Source of the DNA: Balanoglossus misakiensis
Lineage: Eukaryota; Animalia; Hemichordata
DNA length: 64,000 bases
Assembly: GCA_040954595.2 (NCBI GenBank)
Contig: CM082582.2
Span: forward strand, 9,849,483 to 9,913,482
Direction: 5' to 3'
The notes under the pieces are model-generated. The model was not told where the DNA came from. It ran no database searches and saw only the letters and a program-made list of their open reading frames with translations. The number at the start of each line of letters is the position of its first letter. Within the stretch, counting starts at the first letter, position 1. Position numbers and translations under genes: made by a program. Below, in pieces: positions 32,676 to 45,956 of the stretch.

Positions 32676-35600
32676 ATATCAACATCTGTGGCTCTCGATC
32701 CCGCGTAAAGCCACTGGTTTCCCGCGCTGCTGACTGTACGTTTATTCAACCAGACGACAATTGTTAGACCACTCGATAAATAAACAATGAACTACACTTT
32801 GTTCACCAGTGAAAAAATAATAAAATGTTATTCAATACATCTATTATGTGAAATAAGCCGAAAGCTTGTCGAATTCTGGACGCATCTTTTTTATATTCCA
32901 TGTGATTAGAATTCCCTCGATTGGTCGTTGCATTATTTAAAAAAAAAACAAGCCCCGTGTTTATTGTTTTCTCTCTCTCTCTCCCCCCCCCCTGTTAATA
33001 TTATTAGAATTGTTCACAAAAATGGACTGTACAAAACAGAATGTATTTAAGCAGGCCTGTTTTTAAGATGATGTATATTCCCTTATCGATTATGTCTTTC
33101 AAAAATATACTAAAGTTAATCACTTACGGGGATGCGACTGTGTGGGTGTAAACAGTAATTTCGTGTCAGATTTTCCCCCTCAATAAGAATGGACTTTGAA
33201 GAGCCTGCAAGTATGACGGAAAAAAAACCCGAAACGATAAAAAAACGTTTACTTGTTAAAAATAGACAATTTCAATGTTTAAATCTGTTAAGTCAAAGGC
33301 GAATTTCATTCAAGTGAAAGTGTCTAAATTATTTTCAGAAAATGGCGGTTCTTAACGCAAGGATGAGTACAAAGACAATCCCTTTGTCGTCCATGGCGGA
33401 TAATTCTTCACGCGATAGAGAGACTTAATGCAAGTCGTTCGATTTGTTCTTTCACGATTATCAAGTGTGCACTGGCACTGAACTTAACTATCTTGTGGTA
33501 AAATGGAGACAGTGGAATCCTATATCTTTTGCTCTTTGGTGGACAGCATTGTCCTTGTGACTTCGAGTATATCTAAGCTTATATTATAATTACCAAAGGG
33601 CGACAAATTCAGCGGTTACTAAGGCACAAAAACTCAACCTCGTTGTTCCATAATTATAGTGTTGAAAATGGCCTTCAGGTTGCTGGATTTGGAGAGGGGG
33701 AAGATAGAATGGACGTGTGCCGCCCCACAACACCCCCACGGCCAGATGCTTTGAGGCAAGTTGCGAGCATCTCATGGCTACACACTGCGAATTCGAAATC
33801 GATGTTGAATCGGTACTGGCGCGTCTTCTCCTAATATGGCAATGCGTGCGTGTCTGCGCCTACGCTGAGTGTGTGTCAGCAGTGTGCGACAGGCGTTCTT
33901 CGGCGAGCCCCCGCATCCAAAAACCATTCATGCTGTAAATGTCGTCATCTCCCTCCACCCACCCACAAACATTCCTTCACTCTAGAGTTTCTCTCTTCCC
34001 GGGGAGTACACATCAGCCTCCGACTGAAAAGGGGGCCTCTTGATTTTCCTGGACGGTCACGTTTGTGAAATTTGTTGAAACCGCTCGCCCGCCATACTGA
34101 GATAGCAAGCGGAGACGACACTGCCAATATGGCCACGACGCAGGTGCGAGAACGACGGTGCGTTTCGTATCACTTCCATCGAGCGAGGATCACCCGAGGC
34201 TCGTTTGATAATTTCGACCTTTGCTAGCGAGGTAACTACTATAGTATATAAACACGTCGGAGACGGCGACGATAACAGATGGACCAGAACCAAGTGTGAG
34301 CTCGTCAACCAGGTAACGGTACACATCGGAAAGACGACAGGAACGAAAGAAAGTGTTTTGGCCCTCCACGAACAAAACAACTCCGTGGCGGCGGCGACTT
34401 CAACATTGACGGCAAACTGCAGAAGTAAGATACCACCTTTCACACTCCTATGAGCACTGAGAGCGACACGGTCCTCGGTATTGTACTGTGTCTTTTTGTC
34501 AATCTCCGTTGGGCGTTCATAACTCCCTTCACCGAAACATTACTGGAGTTGTGTTCAATTCGTACATTTATTTAACCTGGTAGACATTTTGAAGAAATTA
34601 TTATCATTTTGAAATCATCGCGAAGGCGGTGTCCGGCCCCGAACCAATTCAAGTCCAGAGCGTTGAGAACCCCCCCCCCCCCCCGCCCACCTTTAAATCT
34701 AAGTTTTCGGAGTACGTGTAATTTAACGTAAGATTTCAATGTTTTCTACAACTTACACAAAATTGTTACTGATACCATTAGGTCAATGTCCTGTTACTCT
34801 TCACCGTCACATGGCTTATGAGGACATACTAAGTCAGCCAGCATGGGCAAAGGTGGCCGGTATGTTTCGAGCGTGTGACGTGTTTATTTCTGTCCGAGCA
34901 AAAAAAATATCCTCATGACAATCGGACACCGAGAATCCGTACTCCACAAACACGGTCAAATCGGTTGCCCGTTCTGCGAGGTATATATAGAAGACAGTGG
35001 TGATTTTAAGCATATCAACGGCACCTGAAATAAACCCGTCTCAAGTTGATATGTTTTTTTGTCCCTCCACCATTTTGAACAAATTCCACATTCTGAGTTT
35101 CACGGGGAAAGAATTATCTCGGAATAGTGATGATGAAAGTGAACGAACGATTTAGCTGCGGCCTATAGATATTCACGGCGCCCCGAAAGATTCATCCTCC
35201 CGGCCCGCTGTCAATTCATAAATGTTGTCGGATTATCGTCGCGGCCATATTCCCGATAGGCAGAAAATGTGTGTGGCATTTCGCAAACAAACAGCCAATG
35301 AATAATAATGAAAGTTAAATCAATAAATCAAATCGGAACCAAGCAGTTTTTTCGATCCGTTTGTACCTTTCAACATATGGCGATAGAATAACCAAGTTGT
35401 AAGAGTAAACAGCTGTCTGTCCTGAGCGTCGTATAGGAAGATGTACATGGATGGCCAAATCCAAGTGCTATAGTAACAGTCGGATTTCTGGACAAGTTCT
35501 GTTCCAACCAGCGAAACACCGCGGTAATATACATATTACTGGGGTGGGGTGGGGTTTGACAACTCTAATCTGTAATGAGATGAGAATTGAAACTGCCGAA

Positions 35601-36329
35601 GAGCACTGACTCCGCGAGCACCGATTGTCAGTAAAATCGCATCGTGTTTGTCCGTAAAATCGTCTTGACACCTTATTACTAGTATACAGACCATTAAAGC
35701 CGATGCCAACATTTTTTTCTGTATTATTTCAAAGTAGCACAGCACAGCATAGCACAGTACAGTTACGTTGAATTTCCGATGGGGCGGGCGCGCCTCATTC
35801 CAACTCCGAACTCAATACGCGGACCAACTTGAAGTCGATCATGTCGGCCATGTTTACTCGTCGGCCTACATTCGCACATTACGATCTCGGGTTTTTTTGT
35901 AAAAAAATAAAAATAATAATATCCCATAATCTGTACAATGTGTCATCTTACACTGGCCGCGCATTGAGACACGATCGCGAAGAAACAATTATCAAGATGA
36001 CCGTGTGTGTACCCGCCGGGCGGGAATTAAGCGTCCATTATACAGGATGTACAGACCGGTAAATGTCACGTAAGACGATATTCCACACTTTCCCCCACAT
36101 TCACAACTCCGTAGCAACCCTTGTCTTTTAAATCCGTCAAACATGACAAAAGTAGCACGAAAACTGGAGCTGTCTTCATCCTGATCGTTTGATTTAATTT
36201 AATCACGGTGTTTTAATTCAAAATATTGAGGTAGGATAACCTGAATCTCCGCATAAAAAAGCAGGTCGTAGCTCTTATAATTCGCCGGTGAATGTAAGCA
36301 AATAATTCATGGGAGATATTCCATAATTG

Positions 36330-36365
36330 ACCCCCCCCCCCAAAAAAAAAAAAAAAAAAAAAAAA
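36330..36365. repeat. Adjacent poly(C) and poly(A) homopolymers
   Basis: About C12 followed directly by about A24. Confidence 0.9.
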
Positions 36366-39207
36366 CGCACACACACGTTGTCTTTTCCTCGCAACACCAA
36401 GTCGATCGCACAGAACGACCGGTGCTATACAATCAACTCCCGCGGGCACGGAATCGTGTGGTTAACACTTGGTGCCGGACAGCTAGGCCAAGCCGCCCGG
36501 CGTCTCTGAAGCTACGTGTGCACGATATATAATCCCCTTTCTACGTGCATTATGGCACATTTTATATTCCATATCGTGGCGCATTACATGTTTTGCCAGT
36601 GAAACCATGATCCCTGTGTGGTAGTCAGTCTGTATGTGTATACATGTGTCGGATATCCGTCTTGACAATATCGTTCCACACGGGAAACTGTCTTTAGATT
36701 TTCGGACAGGTTCGGAGGTGATGACACCGTTGACGACAAAAGCGACGTCGAACGTATTGATGATTGAATGGATGATCTATCTATCTATCGATTGTTTAGT
36801 ACATTCATGACAATGTAATATTAGTATGGACCTTTTCGCGGTGATTCAAAAGAATTGAGTTTTGACATGTTACATTTTAGAACTTGAGCAGATGACGTCA
36901 TTGCCTTCATATCTGACTTACTGCAAGAATGTGTCAAAATTTATATACAGCCACAGTGATCCAAAATCCTCCGAGAGATAGACTGTACGTGGAGACTGTG
37001 CACAACCCTTGCATAATCTATGAAGTGAGCATAGATAAGATGAATATGTTTTAAATTCAGATGAGTCGATCACGTGGCGTCGTGTATTTGGGAAGACATG
37101 CCTTTTTTGCTGCTGCTGCGAACCCTCTCGTCTATTATCATCAAAGCATGTTACGTTTAATCATGGAAAGACCTTGGTGAGGCGAGGAACACCTGCGTGT
37201 TCTGAAAAATCAGCAACCTGTTCAGAAAGTAACCAACTAAATTCTACGGGCTCCCCCCCCTCTCCCTCCTACAATGTCATGAACCTGATGGCAGTGAACG
37301 TATTTATTTAGAGGTTTATTTTGTCATATAAAAACGGGGGGAAATGATTAATAACAAACGACCATGTAAATGAAACACTGTCGACTTCTGGCGGCACGTC
37401 AACAAAATACTAGAATTGATCGCCGGACCTTGAAATGACAAGACCCTGCGACTCACTGTTTACTCAGTGACGTCATAACCGACCTTGAATCATAATAACT
37501 TATTTTTTTCGCGAAAATTCTCTATTATTGCATAAACATGAACACTCAAGGCCGCTCCGCTGCCCATTACAGCGAGAATTATTACAATAAAATACACATC
37601 AACACACCGTGCACGTGACACGACAAGGTTAGCGTTTGACGCCCACGCTGGAAATTGAGGCGTGGGCGGATTTTGCAATGAAAAAAATATCCAGGGTCTT
37701 GGGAGACTTTGGGATTTACTGTTGTGATAATTGCGCAGAATATGTACATGACAAAACGTGAGGATGGTTTAACATCACAATTGCGTCCGGAGTCAACGAC
37801 GTTAAAAAATCCTGGGTTAAAATTTTCAACACTTTGGACGACATTCATGTCTGTTGCGTACACAGTGGTCCCGTATCTTTCCACCTGTCACGTGACTGGC
37901 ATTTCTCTAGGCTGATTGCCTGTCTCTCCGTTTCTATCGGTCTATCTTTTCATTTTGAGAATTTGGAAAAGTATCCCAGTATACACTTTCATTGAATTAT
38001 TCGGCCGCAGACTGATAGGTCTGATACATATCTGGAAGGTACGAAGTATGACATTTTTAGTATAGTTGTGAAAAGTCTTTTTGTAAGAATTGGCAGTTTG
38101 ATTTGAAAGTTAAACAGGCGGTCACAACTGGTACGCTTACATGACGCAACCCAAGTCGAAGTTTCTCAATGTTCTTATAGTTTCCTCAGTTTTTTTGTGT
38201 GTTGTACTTGTTATGTTATATAACGGCGTTGGACGTAGACACCGCGATTTCGTTCGTGTTCCGCAGAACGAAGTTTAACAGCGCCACCAACGGAGAAATC
38301 AGACTGTTCTGTTGCGCATTGACGTGCGGCGTCTGGATTCCTTGCGCCAACAAACAGCCGTGTTTTATCACCGTGCGATCGATCATATGAACATTTAATA
38401 TGAATGTCTTGTAAAAGCGACTATTCCACTCATTATGCGTGGATGAGAATAGCGCAAGACTGCACTGGCAGATATAAAACGTACGTATACTCAGATATCC
38501 AAATATGGGAACTGAAGAATCAGTGCCTCGGCGACACACATTTTGCATGACGTCAGCCGTTCGTAGGTTGCATTGCCGAATCAAAGCAAACCTAATGTAA
38601 AGATATAAAAAACGTGGGAAGGTTGAGCAGTGACGTCAGAAGCCTAGTCGAAATCAACAAATCGATAAAATGGCCGAAGTAACACCTTGGGAATGAATGA
38701 ATATACGCTGCAGCAAATCGCAGTTAAGATTGATTAGTCAATAGGTCTTATTTATCGTCGTTAACAATGGAGTCAGTCAATCTAGATATAAGACGCAATT
38801 CATTTGCAATTGCATGCTTGTCAAATTCTAGGACTGAACGTTAACGTTGGCTTTTTTTGACAATCTTCATTGGAAAAAATATCGGTTATCAACGAGGGGT
38901 CAAAGGGTCAGGTGGGACACTCGTGTAACCTGAGTTAAAAATTTGTTGGAGGTCTGTTGTGAAGGTTGGAGGAAAATATGTGTTAGTGTTGCCATGGTGA
39001 AACACCCACGGATATGTTGATTAATTTGATCAGCTAAAAATAGCCCCGGTTGACGTCAATATGACGTCAATGACTCATTGTCTCTGCAGCGACGTCATTG
39101 TTGCAGATGTACTTGTGTGTATTCCGCGAAAATAGTAGAGCTAATGTATTCTCTCAAGCATTTTTTCTGTTTTTGATGGATTTTTAAGTCTTTATCCTTG
39201 AGTACAC

Positions 39208-39301
39208 GTATGTATGTATGTATGTGTGTATGTGCGTATGTGTGCGTGTGTGTGTGTATGTATGTATGTGTGTGTGTGTGTGCGTGTGTGCGTGCGTGCG
39301 T
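39208..39301. repeat. Imperfect (TATG)/(TG)/(TGCG) microsatellite
   Basis: Directly visible purine-pyrimidine alternating run. Confidence 0.93.
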
Positions 39302-41159
39302 ACTGAGCGTATGCTTCCATTTTTTTTAAACAGAATTGATCATTTATGAAAATGATTTACTATTATTTATTATCGTGTGGATAGGTGAAGGGCCTGAACA
39401 CTGGCGGGTGACGTAATTTTTTTTTTGTAACAACCATGTTAAGCGCCAGACGCCCCTTACACTAGCATCCTGAGCTATTTTAACCGCTGATTAGTACGCG
39501 TACTAGTCTCCATGGAAACCGTTTCCAGGGGAGTTTCAGAACAAAGTTAAATGATACATTAACATAATATATGCCACCGCAAGATCTATAAATAACACAC
39601 GTATGTACAATTTATTCATACCTGTGCAAATTTCCAAATGAAGCCCAAGATTTAGATACCGCCCCAGTAAACGCATTGCGCAGAATATTTTAAATTTTAC
39701 CATTATTCCCCAGTATTAGTGCATATATGGGGTATGCTGTGCTTTATATTATTAATACATGTACGTGGTTTGAAAATATGATAGTCAAATACTTCTTCAT
39801 GCACATCATTAATCATTAATATATTTACCGCGCGCGTCTGAGGTTTACATCGATCCGTATTTTGTTCATGCGTCTCGTCCCACGTTTTTCGAGTCCACCG
39901 ATTTTATGTTAGGTGGTTTCAATGTGAACGGATAATATTTCAGTTCAACGTCGCCGGTTCGCTTTTACTCCCAACAGGGAAAGTTCGAGACGACAAGACA
40001 CGGAAACGGTTGCATTTGCAATAAATAAAACAGGGTTCGAATATAAGGGTCGACTGAAAGTAGCATGTTCTGCACGCGGTTTCAGGATGGCTTGAAACTT
40101 TGCGTGAAGCCCGCGGTTTTTGCCAGTCGCTATCTATAACCCCGGCCTGCACCAGCTGAAGCTGTCCCGTGTAAACAGTCGCGGTTAGACTTTTTTAATT
40201 TACGGCCACGAGTAAACTTTGAAATACATGTATATGTGAATATGCACTAACAGTAATTATCATCGTTGAAAGTAGTCGAATACAGTTCAACGTCCGCACT
40301 GAATTGCGCAGATTGGCATTGTGAGCGAGATAACCCAGTTTTATAATGACAACAACACCTACCTGATCACCACATGCGTCTTCACAGACGTTTCCCATTT
40401 CTGTCTCCTTTCCCAGGCACACAGCTGGACGCGGTCGCAACAACAACGGGACGCCACGCCAGTCAACATTCCCTTCTTCCCTGTCACACCAATGCGAAGA
40501 TGTCCGAAGCTGCGTCCAGAATGTAGCGTCCGAAGCACCGACACGCGCCTCCCCAGTGGCCAGCTCATCACAATACTATCCCTGCACGCGTAATGAATGT
40601 GGCGTCTGGATGCGACCGAAGCAACTGGGAAGGCAGTGGAGCACTGTGAAGGATAAGCAAGGCAAAGAGAGGGTGAAAAACTTGCGTGGGCGGGCTATAT
40701 GAGATGTCGCTCGTAATCCGCACTGATATTCATTCAGGCTGCGACTTGACAATGCTGTACACCGTTTACATGTCCACTGCACCACTGCATTCAGCCAGCA
40801 CAGAACGCGGTTGCTGCGTTTTTAGACTCGCACACACGCAATAACGCCGCCACTACAGTACGCCACCAGGCTTGCGTAGACACTGTTTACGTACGTCATC
40901 CTTAGTTTTTGCATACCGTTTATATTTGCGTTCAGCTGTGAAGAGAGCACTTATATATTCATGAAAATTTAATTGTTTTATTCCAAGGCGTTATCTTGCA
41001 TGCGACAGATCTATCATCACTTTGGCAATTTTGGTGCTTCATCGCCAAATCGCTGAAATCTATAATACCACGAAAATAAAACTGACAATTTCACTCATTT
41101 AGCCTTATGTGGAATTTCTACGTAAAGATACGACAGAAAAATCGACCCCTTTACACGCA

Positions 41160-41763
41160 TTACAATTTTCTGTCAATTATCAAATTCCTAACCCCCTCTA
41201 AAATTTATATTATCTGGCAGCCAATATATGGGTGAATATTTTCGAGCAGAGTACATAATATTCTTTGTACAGCACGCGGCCACGGTGACGTCCATTTTCG
41301 CGGACTAACAAAAATCAATTTTCACCCAAGTTTACAAAAACCTTGTACGATTTCTGGTTGAATCTCGTGCATTGACACGTCTTAGTAACACCCCCCAAAA
41401 AACAACTCTACGAGTGATTTTTCCTCCAGTTTTTTTCAATCAACTTTTATGACGCAGTAATACCGAAACCGCACCCTATAGTTGAACAGAACATAACACG
41501 CACAAAAACATATAAGGAATCCGAGACACGGCTTTGAAAGGTTTTTACTGAGACGTGTCAATGCACGAATTTCAGCCAGAAATCATGCAGCATTTTTTGC
41601 AAAACGGGAGTAAAGTTGATCGGTCGAAAATTCATGTCACATGACCACTATAAAATAATAGTCGTGTACTGTACACGATAGGATTCCCATAAATATTGAT
41701 TTTTAGAACATATATACTAGTACTTAGAGGTTTTAAGACGGCGATAATTGAAAGAAAACTACA
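41160..41763. mobile_element. Foldback / MITE-like element with long imperfect inverted arms
   Basis: GATTTCTGGTTGAATCTCGTGCATTGACACGTCTTAGTAA (~41350-41388) pairs with TTACTGAGACGTGTCAATGCACGAATTTCAGCCAGAAATC (~41545-41584). Weaker similarity extends out to TTTTCTGTCAATTATC (~41166) / GATAATTGAAAGAAAA (~41743). Confidence 0.75.
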
Positions 41764-44465
41764 ATTCCGGACATGGTCTGTTTTGTATGTTGCATTGTAA
41801 ACCATTCTTAAACGTTTATATAGACTATGTCACAGTACACGTATGTTGCATTGTAAACTTTGCCACTGCTGTCCATGAAATCAAAGTCGTAGGAAAACAA
41901 TTGCTCTTTGTGACGCAATTCATCATCGCGTCTGTGATTGAGCAGTAGAGGACTTGGGTATCAGTCTATAGGTCATTTGATTCATTTGACAATCTGATGT
42001 GACATAAACACTGAGTCAACAACAAGGGCGGTGCGCATTTGTGGGGGAAGAGTACAAGTTCAATGTTCTGCTACGCATATTATTTTTTGGCACTTCTAGA
42101 AATGTCAGTTTAGTAATTTGAGCATTTTGACATTTCAGGTAAGTGCACGCATCATAGGTTAGTTGGTGTGACTGATTTTGTATATGTTCTCAATGAAGCC
42201 CCACGTATAGAATGCACAGTATTAACTATGTAAGATGAGACACGATATCATCGAACACACTATCATTTTCCGTCACGTCTTCAGACTATGGCACGCACGG
42301 TCACTTTCCATCATGGTTAGTAGACAATAGTCCATATTTTGAGGGACATTTTTTCTCCAGGCGTTCCCGGCATTCTTGAGATAAACAAAGCATTATTTTA
42401 CATTCACTTGCCGTCATATTATTTGTTGTAAAATAGACAAAGAATGACGTGTTCCTCGGAATAGACATTTCCGTTTCGGCCTTTTTTCAATACTACCACA
42501 CAGCGTTTTCTTAGTTCTATCGGCGATGGCGCCCTTTTGCACCCTTCAATCAAATACACTGTTACTTGAACTGTGACCTTTCTAGTTACGGAATGAATTT
42601 GCATGCAGGAATACACCATCTGCGCTATTTTCACCAATTGGCAAAAATAATTTCGCTGTCTATTTATGGTGCCTGGCCAATAATTATCACAGGAACACTA
42701 CTTTTTGTCTCGGCCTTTATAAAGATGGCGACCGCTGCAGTTGGTGGAGTATTACCGTGTGGGCAGTATGACTAATATGTACGTAAACGGTGTGTGAAAA
42801 GTGGCTGATTTGACCTGCCAATGTTCGGATGTAGACTAAGTTTTTCATGGTTTTGTGATTGTAAGTTTATTGCTTGAAATTGGTTAGTACCTTTTTCTCT
42901 TGAAAGTTAACATCTTTGCTTCAGTGTAGACGAATTTACGTGTTTCTTTTTCACCAGTGAGCGATCGACACTTGTTACAGTTTATAAGACCTTTTTACCA
43001 TTCTTTGTTTGTTGATGTTGAATTCATTTTTATCCTGTGAGTTATTCATTTCTGTCTTTACCGGTTGATCACTTTTTATGTGGATTCTTTTGTATCCACA
43101 ACATTTTCATTGAGTCTTTGTCAACAGTGCTTTCTCTTTGTGGTGTATGTGTCTAGTAGATTTTCTACATTTATAGGCGGTATACATTGCTTGCCAGCAG
43201 TTAACCCGCACAGCAGGTAACAGGGACCAACAATATCGAGTTTTTATTTTCACACAGCTCATCCTCTTTTTCCTGGGAAAGCTGGGCGTATGTTCTTCAC
43301 AGTCTCTGAAAGTACGTGTATTCACCCTCGTTTTGTGCCGGTGGCGGGGAGGGGGTGGCGTATTTGTAGCCGGCTTAGTGTTGACGTTGTCACCAATGGA
43401 ATAACACGCCCCCGCTGGTTTTATAGATCGGTCAACATTCGGATTAGAATTCACCTCTGGTGTTTTTGTCAGACAGACATCTATTACAAATGTCCACCCC
43501 AGTGAAAGAAAGTTACATTATATTGTGTCCAATTCGAGTTAAATGTTGATGATTTAAATATTTGAAATGAGCTGGTATGTTAATATATTTATAGAAGAAC
43601 GAATACAATCTTAATTGGTTGTGGAGTGGACACATATTTTTCGGAACAGGGCTTACCCAGGCCATGGTTGGTGATTACACATTCCCATATTACAGCACTT
43701 TAATATAGATGCATTCATTTAATCTTCTTGAAGAAATTGACACAATTTCCTCGGTTTATCGCCTGGTCTCCATTGTACGTGGAGCACGCACACAAGTTAG
43801 AATGATCTCAGAGGATCTAGACTAAATATTTAGTTATTTAAATTTCCACTTTGCACAGTAACATGGTCTGATTTAAAGGGCGACGGTCATCTTATGCGCA
43901 TGTGCCAAACCAGAGACGCTGGTTACAAAAATGCTATGTTGGGACAGACAAGATGGCGGCGACCACAGTCTGTGTCGGAGATCGGGACAAGACAACAAAT
44001 TGGGTGAAAGACGGGGCAAAACTAAATTTTATGAAAGATGTAATGTTTTACCAGAAAATGTTGAATCCTGCACTTTATTTATTTCCACCGTTAAGGAACT
44101 ACGATCTCAACCGGAAACCATCGCTGGGGAATGCACGCATGCGAAGATTAAAATAGAAAACGTCCGATTTATTGAAATTTTACATTAACTATATATAACA
44201 GTATTTTTTAATCCAATGGTCTGTACAAGACGGAGTCTCACTACCAAAACGACGTGTTTCAATACTTTTATCATGATGTTTTAAACTTTAAGACACACTT
44301 TCGAATATTTTTTTCTTCATAATATGTTAAGTGTACCTATCTAACGAGCTTTGTCTGCACAAATAGTAGCATATAGTCATGTAACGATATACAATAAATA
44401 TTTGGTAAGCATAATATTCGTTTTCAGTATGTTTGATATGTATAGATGTATTTGTGAGAAGTCGA

Positions 44466-44505
44466 TCTATCTATCTATCTACCTGTCTGTCTGTCTGTCT
44501 GTCTG
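44466..44505. repeat. Short (TCTA)n/(TCTG)n microsatellite
   Basis: Directly visible. Confidence 0.88.
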
Positions 44506-45621
44506 TACTGTAAAATGTATTGTTATCTCATTTGCATTAGTTATTTGGTTTTATATTTATTTATAATTTTGTTAATTCGATTTTTTGTCACCCCAGTACA
44601 CAGTTTGCCACAGCTTTGAAGCCAGCCAGATTATCGGATATACATGGATGATCTCTGGGCGGCTGGTGATCTCTGAAACGATTCATTTGATTCAGATACA
44701 CTTATTCAATAACTATATTATCGCAGCGTGGATAGATCGTTTGCCAGCACTGCGTAATCGCTTTAAGCAAATTCATTCCTGCATACTACAACCAGGTATT
44801 CCTATGACATACCATACTATAATATTACATCAAGGGGGAAATGCTCTATTCACATCTTAGATTAGAAGACGTACAAAAAAAACGTTCCACTGATGAGCTT
44901 GTAATGGATATTCCGGGTAATTAGGACTTTTTATTTTATTTTGCGCAAAATATCAATCACAGTGATTCCATGACATTTCAAAATGGCAGCCTTGTGGCTA
45001 TTTGACATTTTCTCTTGTCCATTGTGAAGTGTCGTGTTACTCAGTGTTCTGAGGGAAGACAAAACAACAATAATCCAGAATTTTCCAGAAAAGCTTCTGA
45101 TAGATCAAAGTTGTATTACTCATCCCTTTGTCAGAGTGTCGTATTCACTGATGCAGAACAACCTGCCAAACTGCACAAGACTATACAATAAGTACCCATA
45201 TTATCAATGTGATTAAAATCAGATGTAGAGTTAGGCGCTGTTCTGTTCTGTATTACGTGCAGTGAGCATTGTTGTTAACAGATTGCAAGCGTGTAGCGCA
45301 CGGAGGCAGCTGACGACAAGATATATTACATTATAGCTATCAGTCTATATGTATGATATATCTACTTACAGTAGGTATATTATCGTTTGGATTCCACATG
45401 TCACGGATTGTTATATTCCGACCTGTTTTAGTCGAACTGTTCAAAAGTTTCGACGATGAATGGAGCATTTGGCACGTAAGCCCCTCTACTACACGGCCTT
45501 TTAGTGGGAGAAGTTTTGAAATATAAAATCAAACGTTGTCAGACTTTGTCAGGTATGAGCTTGACGGCAGCGCCCGCCTACAATTACTTGTGACATTTTG
45601 CCATGAGCAAACTATCTTAAT

Positions 45622-45956
45622 TTCATCACGACAAAGACAAAAATCGACTGTTTCCTGCCAATTATTGCAGTGCATCGTCATCTTACCTTTAGGCCTACAT
45701 ATTGAGTTGCCAAGTGTAATTTTTTTCCAAATGTCCAATTTGAAAATCATTTTCGCTGTTTCTGTATTTTCTATATCCTGGCTGATACGGTAATAAGACC
45801 TATCTGACCAATTTATTGTGAAACTCGCGGAGTCCGAGCATTTTTACGAATATCAGTGACGTTAATGAATGATTCTAGTTCATCACGACAACGACAAAAT
45901 CGACTGTTTCCTGCCAATAATTGTAGTACATCGTCTTCTAACTTTTACACCTATAT
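45622..45956 (+). repeat. Diverged ~80-bp direct repeat pair, ~257 bp apart
   Basis: TTCATCACGACAAAGACAAAAATCGACTGTTTCCTGCCAATTATTGCAGTGCATCGTC (45622) vs TTCATCACGACAACGACAAAATCGACTGTTTCCTGCCAATAATTGTAGTACATCGTC (45879). Confidence 0.9.
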
